Part shown: one piece after another, positions 36,438 to 39,187 of the stretch
Numbering within the stretch: position 1 is the first letter of the stretch
Layout: each line of letters starts with the position of its first letter
Source of the DNA: an uncultured Clostridia bacterium
Lineage (GTDB): Bacteria > Bacillota > Clostridia > Christensenellales > UBA1242
Length of the DNA: 39,187 nt
Assembly: GCA_944384425.1 (NCBI GenBank)
Contig: CALWTI010000004.1
Location: 1 to 39,187, forward strand
Direction: 5' to 3'
Notes under the pieces: generated by a model
What the model was told of the DNA's origin: nothing
Seen by the model: only the letters and a program-made list of their open reading frames with translations
Database searches by the model: none
Program-made: the position numbers and the translations under genes

Positions 36438-36992
36438 ATGGATAAATTGGTTGCCTGTTTCATTGGTCATAGAAACGCAAAACTTAACAATGATAAAAAA
36501 TTAAAATTAAAAATGCTTATTGAAAATTTGATTGTTAATGAAAATGTTTATATATTTTTATTTGGCAGTCATAGCGATTTTGATTACTTATGTCATAAAA
36601 TTGTTACAGAACTTAAAGAAAAATACTGTTATATCCAAAGAAAATGTTATACTTGTAAAAATGAATGTTGCACATTAGAAAACGAAAGAGAGCGTTGGGA
36701 AAAAATTTATAGTTGCTTTGCAAATAAAAAAGTCCATTTGCTTGGCTTTGAACAAGAAGTTGAATTCAAAGGCAAATGGGCTGCTGGCAAGGCTAGTTAT
36801 GTTGAAAGGAATAAAGCAATGGTAGAAGATAGTGATTTTTGCATATTTTTCTATGATAAAGATTACAAACCCAAGGAACGAAAATATACTAAAAAAAGTT
36901 TTGCAACATACCAACCCAAATCTGGAACGGCACTTGCATATAAATATGCTAAACAAAAAAACAAAAAAATTATAAACATTTATGACTATTGA
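36438..36992 (+). CDS. SLOG-superfamily (YpsA/DUF1273-like) protein
   Basis: ACFIGHR, FLFGSHSDFD, RNKAMVEDSD and SGTALAYKYA. Start ATG 36438 with SD GGAG. Confidence 0.72.
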   Translation: MDKLVACFIGHRNAKLNNDKKLKLKMLIENLIVNENVYIFLFGSHSDFDYLCHKIVTELKEKYCYIQRKCYTCKNECCTLENERERWEKIYSCFANKKVHLLGFEQEVEFKGKWAAGKASYVERNKAMVEDSDFCIFFYDKDYKPKERKYTKKSFATYQPKSGTALAYKYAKQKNKKIINIYDY

Positions 36993-37100
36993 TTGTTTAA
37001 ATTTATTTGCAAAATAGCATTGTGTAATAAGATTTTGATGAATGTGCCTTGTAATTATTTGGTATTATTTCAAGATATAAGATATAGAGTTTTTCAGTAT

Positions 37101-38009
37101 TTACATCTTTATTTGTTTAATCGTGTCTTTTATGCAATCAATACTTTTGTTTAATCTATCACGCTCGATGCTTGAAAGTTCAAGTGGCAATATTTGTTTT
37201 ATTCCACTTTTACCTATTATCGCTGGCATTCCAAAATATACATCATTTTCTTCATTGTAAGCTGACACGGTCATAATCTCGTTCGTATCACCTAGTATTG
37301 CGTTTGTTATATTGGTTAAACACATACCAATGCCGTAACTTGTATTGCCCTTTTTGTTGATGATGTCATAAGCACTGTTTCGAACATCATACAAAATTCT
37401 TGAACAATCATCTTCTGACAAATAGTCTGTCGCTTTGTTGAGTCCTATTATTGCATTGCTCCAAGGCACAAACTCACTGTCTCCATGCTCACCAATGACA
37501 TAGGCATGGATATTTTTTGGACTTATTTTGAGCGTATCACCAATAAGACATCTAAGCCTTGCCGTATCTAACACTGTGCCACTGCCAATGACTTTATGAT
37601 AATCAAAGCCTGAAAGTTTTTTTGTTATGTATGTCATAACATCAAGCGGATTTGTTGCGATTAAAAATATACCATCAAATGATGTCTTTTTTATTTCGTC
37701 AATTATACTTTTATATACCGCATAATTTTTGTTTATTAAGTCACGCCTAGTTTCTCCAACATTTTGATTTTTTCCAGCACATATGCAAACAATGTTGGCA
37801 TCACCACAATCAGAGTATTCTCCTGCGCGAACTTTGATTCGATTTGAATTATATGTTGCTGCATGCGTCAAATCCATCGCTTCACCAACTGCTTTATCTT
37901 TCAAAACATCAATCAATACAATTTCATCAACTTTGTTTTTTGTTGTGACAAGTGAAAAGGCATAGCTCATGCCGACATTACCACAACCAACAATAACTAC
38001 TTTATTCAT
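37101..38009 (-). CDS. ldh: L-lactate dehydrogenase
   Basis: GCGNVG, AGKNQNVGETR (Gln specificity residue), ATNPLD, GSGTVLDTAR and GEHGDSE. Confidence 0.9.
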   Translation of the reverse strand: MNKVVIVGCGNVGMSYAFSLVTTKNKVDEIVLIDVLKDKAVGEAMDLTHAATYNSNRIKVRAGEYSDCGDANIVCICAGKNQNVGETRRDLINKNYAVYKSIIDEIKKTSFDGIFLIATNPLDVMTYITKKLSGFDYHKVIGSGTVLDTARLRCLIGDTLKISPKNIHAYVIGEHGDSEFVPWSNAIIGLNKATDYLSEDDCSRILYDVRNSAYDIINKKGNTSYGIGMCLTNITNAILGDTNEIMTVSAYNEENDVYFGMPAIIGKSGIKQILPLELSSIERDRLNKSIDCIKDTIKQIKM

Positions 38010-38051
38010 ATTTACCTCACAAGTTTAGTGTAAAAAATTATCAAAAATATG

Positions 38052-38507
38052 TCAAACATCAAAACTAAGTAATTTAAAATTTGCACCGCGTTTTGACAAA
38101 ACATCAATGCTATCAACAATGGCGTAGTAAATGTCTTCTGCACTACTATTTTTTATATCAAAAACAACAACAACTACGCCATTTTTTTGTGAAAAATCAA
38201 GTGCTGAATACATTGAATTTCTTATCTCGCTTGGCAAGCCACATGCAACAATTGACATATATGTTCTTGGCACTGCCAGTGCGTCAATGAATTTTTTTGT
38301 TGACGAAGAAGAAAAGTTTTCTCTTTTGTGCGTGACAAAAGTTAGCGGAGCTTCTATTTCAAGAAATTTTTCTTGCAAGTCCTCCTCTACTTCATCAAAA
38401 TCATTTATGACCATCATATATATATTTTCTGGCATATTTTCCTTATAAGTAAAACCACTTAAAATGAACAAACTAAATACAAATAAAACACAAAATATTT
38501 TTTTCAT
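38052..38507 (-). CDS. Secreted hypothetical protein, possibly a degenerate divergent polysaccharide deacetylase (YibQ-like)
   Basis: Signal/TM N-terminus. MVINDF..APLTF and KNGVVVV..LSKRGANFKLLS resemble both ends of the family. Confidence 0.4.
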   Translation of the reverse strand: MKKIFCVLFVFSLFILSGFTYKENMPENIYMMVINDFDEVEEDLQEKFLEIEAPLTFVTHKRENFSSSSTKKFIDALAVPRTYMSIVACGLPSEIRNSMYSALDFSQKNGVVVVVFDIKNSSAEDIYYAIVDSIDVLSKRGANFKLLSFDV

Positions 38508-38519
38508 ATAAATATTTTG

Positions 38520-39032
38520 CTAATTATCTTGGTTTTTAATCTTTTTTTCGCGAAAAACAAAATATTTGCTATAAAAAAACTCAGTGACAAAATTTATGAG
38601 CATTGTCAGAGCTTCTATCCATAGACCATACCAACCCGCTTTTTCTAGTGCAATTCCCCACCATGTTGATGCTGGAATAAAGACTATGTAATAGCACAAA
38701 ACTTTGAGCATGGCAATTGGCACATTGTTTGACGACTTGAATGTAAATTTTCTATTGAATGTGAAATTCCATATAACCGAAAGTGTTATTGCAATCAAGT
38801 TACTTGGCCAGTGCGTTAGCCCACATACTTCATAAAGCAATGTGTATGTGCCAAACTGAATAACCCCCGCAGATATTGAAAAAAGCAAAAATTTAAGTGC
38901 TTGCAACAAGTCTTTTTTGATATTTTTCTTTTTTTCATCATTTGCTGATTTTTCATCGACTAAACTTTGTTGTTTGTCTTGTGTATCAATTTGTATGTCC
39001 TTATTTGTTTGTGTTTCCATATTTTTGTCCAT
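38520..39032 (-). CDS. GtrA family membrane protein
   Basis: KFLLFS, WNFTFNRKFTFKS and NFVTEFFYSKYFVF. Start uncertain. Confidence 0.88.
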   Translation of the reverse strand: MDKNMETQTNKDIQIDTQDKQQSLVDEKSANDEKKKNIKKDLLQALKFLLFSISAGVIQFGTYTLLYEVCGLTHWPSNLIAITLSVIWNFTFNRKFTFKSSNNVPIAMLKVLCYYIVFIPASTWWGIALEKAGWYGLWIEALTMLINFVTEFFYSKYFVFREKKIKNQDN

Positions 39033-39078
39033 ATGACAGTAATATAACATTAAAACATAAATTTTACAAATAAATAGT

Positions 39079-39111
39079 AAAAAAAAAGACAGCTACAATT
39101 TGTAACTGTCT
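39079..39111 (-). terminator. Intrinsic terminator
   Basis: Minus strand AGACAGTTACA-aat-TGTAGCTGTCT followed by a T-tract. Confidence 0.8.
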
Positions 39112-39125
39112 AAACTATATTTTTT

Positions 39126-39187
39126 TTATTTTGCTATTACTCTAACAATTTTCTTGTCGCCACTTTTTGAAACTTTGACATCACCCT
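39126..39187 (-). CDS. rpmA: C-terminal fragment, probably 50S ribosomal protein L27
   Basis: ...GDVKVSKSGDKKIVRVIAK* resembles the L27 C-terminus (G.VKF....DKK.VSV). Only 19 residues are visible. Confidence 0.5.
   Translation of the reverse strand, partial: GDVKVSKSGDKKIVRVIAK

Noticed and set aside
33125-37100. Prophage/ICE with attL-attR at tRNA-Ser
   Set aside because: No second copy of the tRNA 3' end was found, and there are no integrase, relaxase or phage structural genes
412-38448. The many short antisense or alternate-frame ORFs nested in well-supported genes (e.g. 9630-10004, 10224-10634, 15935-16375, 28063-28386)
   Set aside because: They are shadow ORFs typical of the strand opposite real genes, with no SD or motifs

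Overview
A 39-kb, AT-rich chromosomal window from a spore-forming Firmicute. spoIVA, a SpoVD-like PBP, sigA-dnaG and sigmaE/sigmaH-type promoters are present, and the gene content suggests a Clostridia lineage (inference). Most of the window is housekeeping: ychF, cysS, tex, an MtaD-like deaminase, dinB, ddl, rnhA, sigA, dnaG, rsmH, degV, HIT, ldh, tRNA-Ser(GGA), and partial ferredoxin and probable rpmA genes at the edges. Four features are not explained by the gene list. (1) An ~800-bp non-coding stretch downstream of spoIVA (14580-15395) built from nested hairpins and a polarised series of repeats. It includes two identical 79-bp copies, an inverted copy overlapping the spoIVA stop codon, and 6-codon mini-ORFs ending in three repeat heads. 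(2) A more AT-rich islet after tRNA-Ser with an XRE-TM-ectodomain protein, a zinc-ribbon membrane gene split by a -1 frameshift next to a U_UUA_AAC heptamer, and an XRE/SLOG-like divergon with three GTTC-N8-GAAC sites. (3) Two very large uncharacterised membrane proteins with internal repeats, plus an atypical long protein in the ftsL position. (4) Regulatory oddities: SD-sequestering terminators, apparent leaderless genes, and a LexA box on a WYL-less wHTH gene. No CRISPR array, integrase or transposase is visible. All calls come from reading motifs by eye; no database searches were run.
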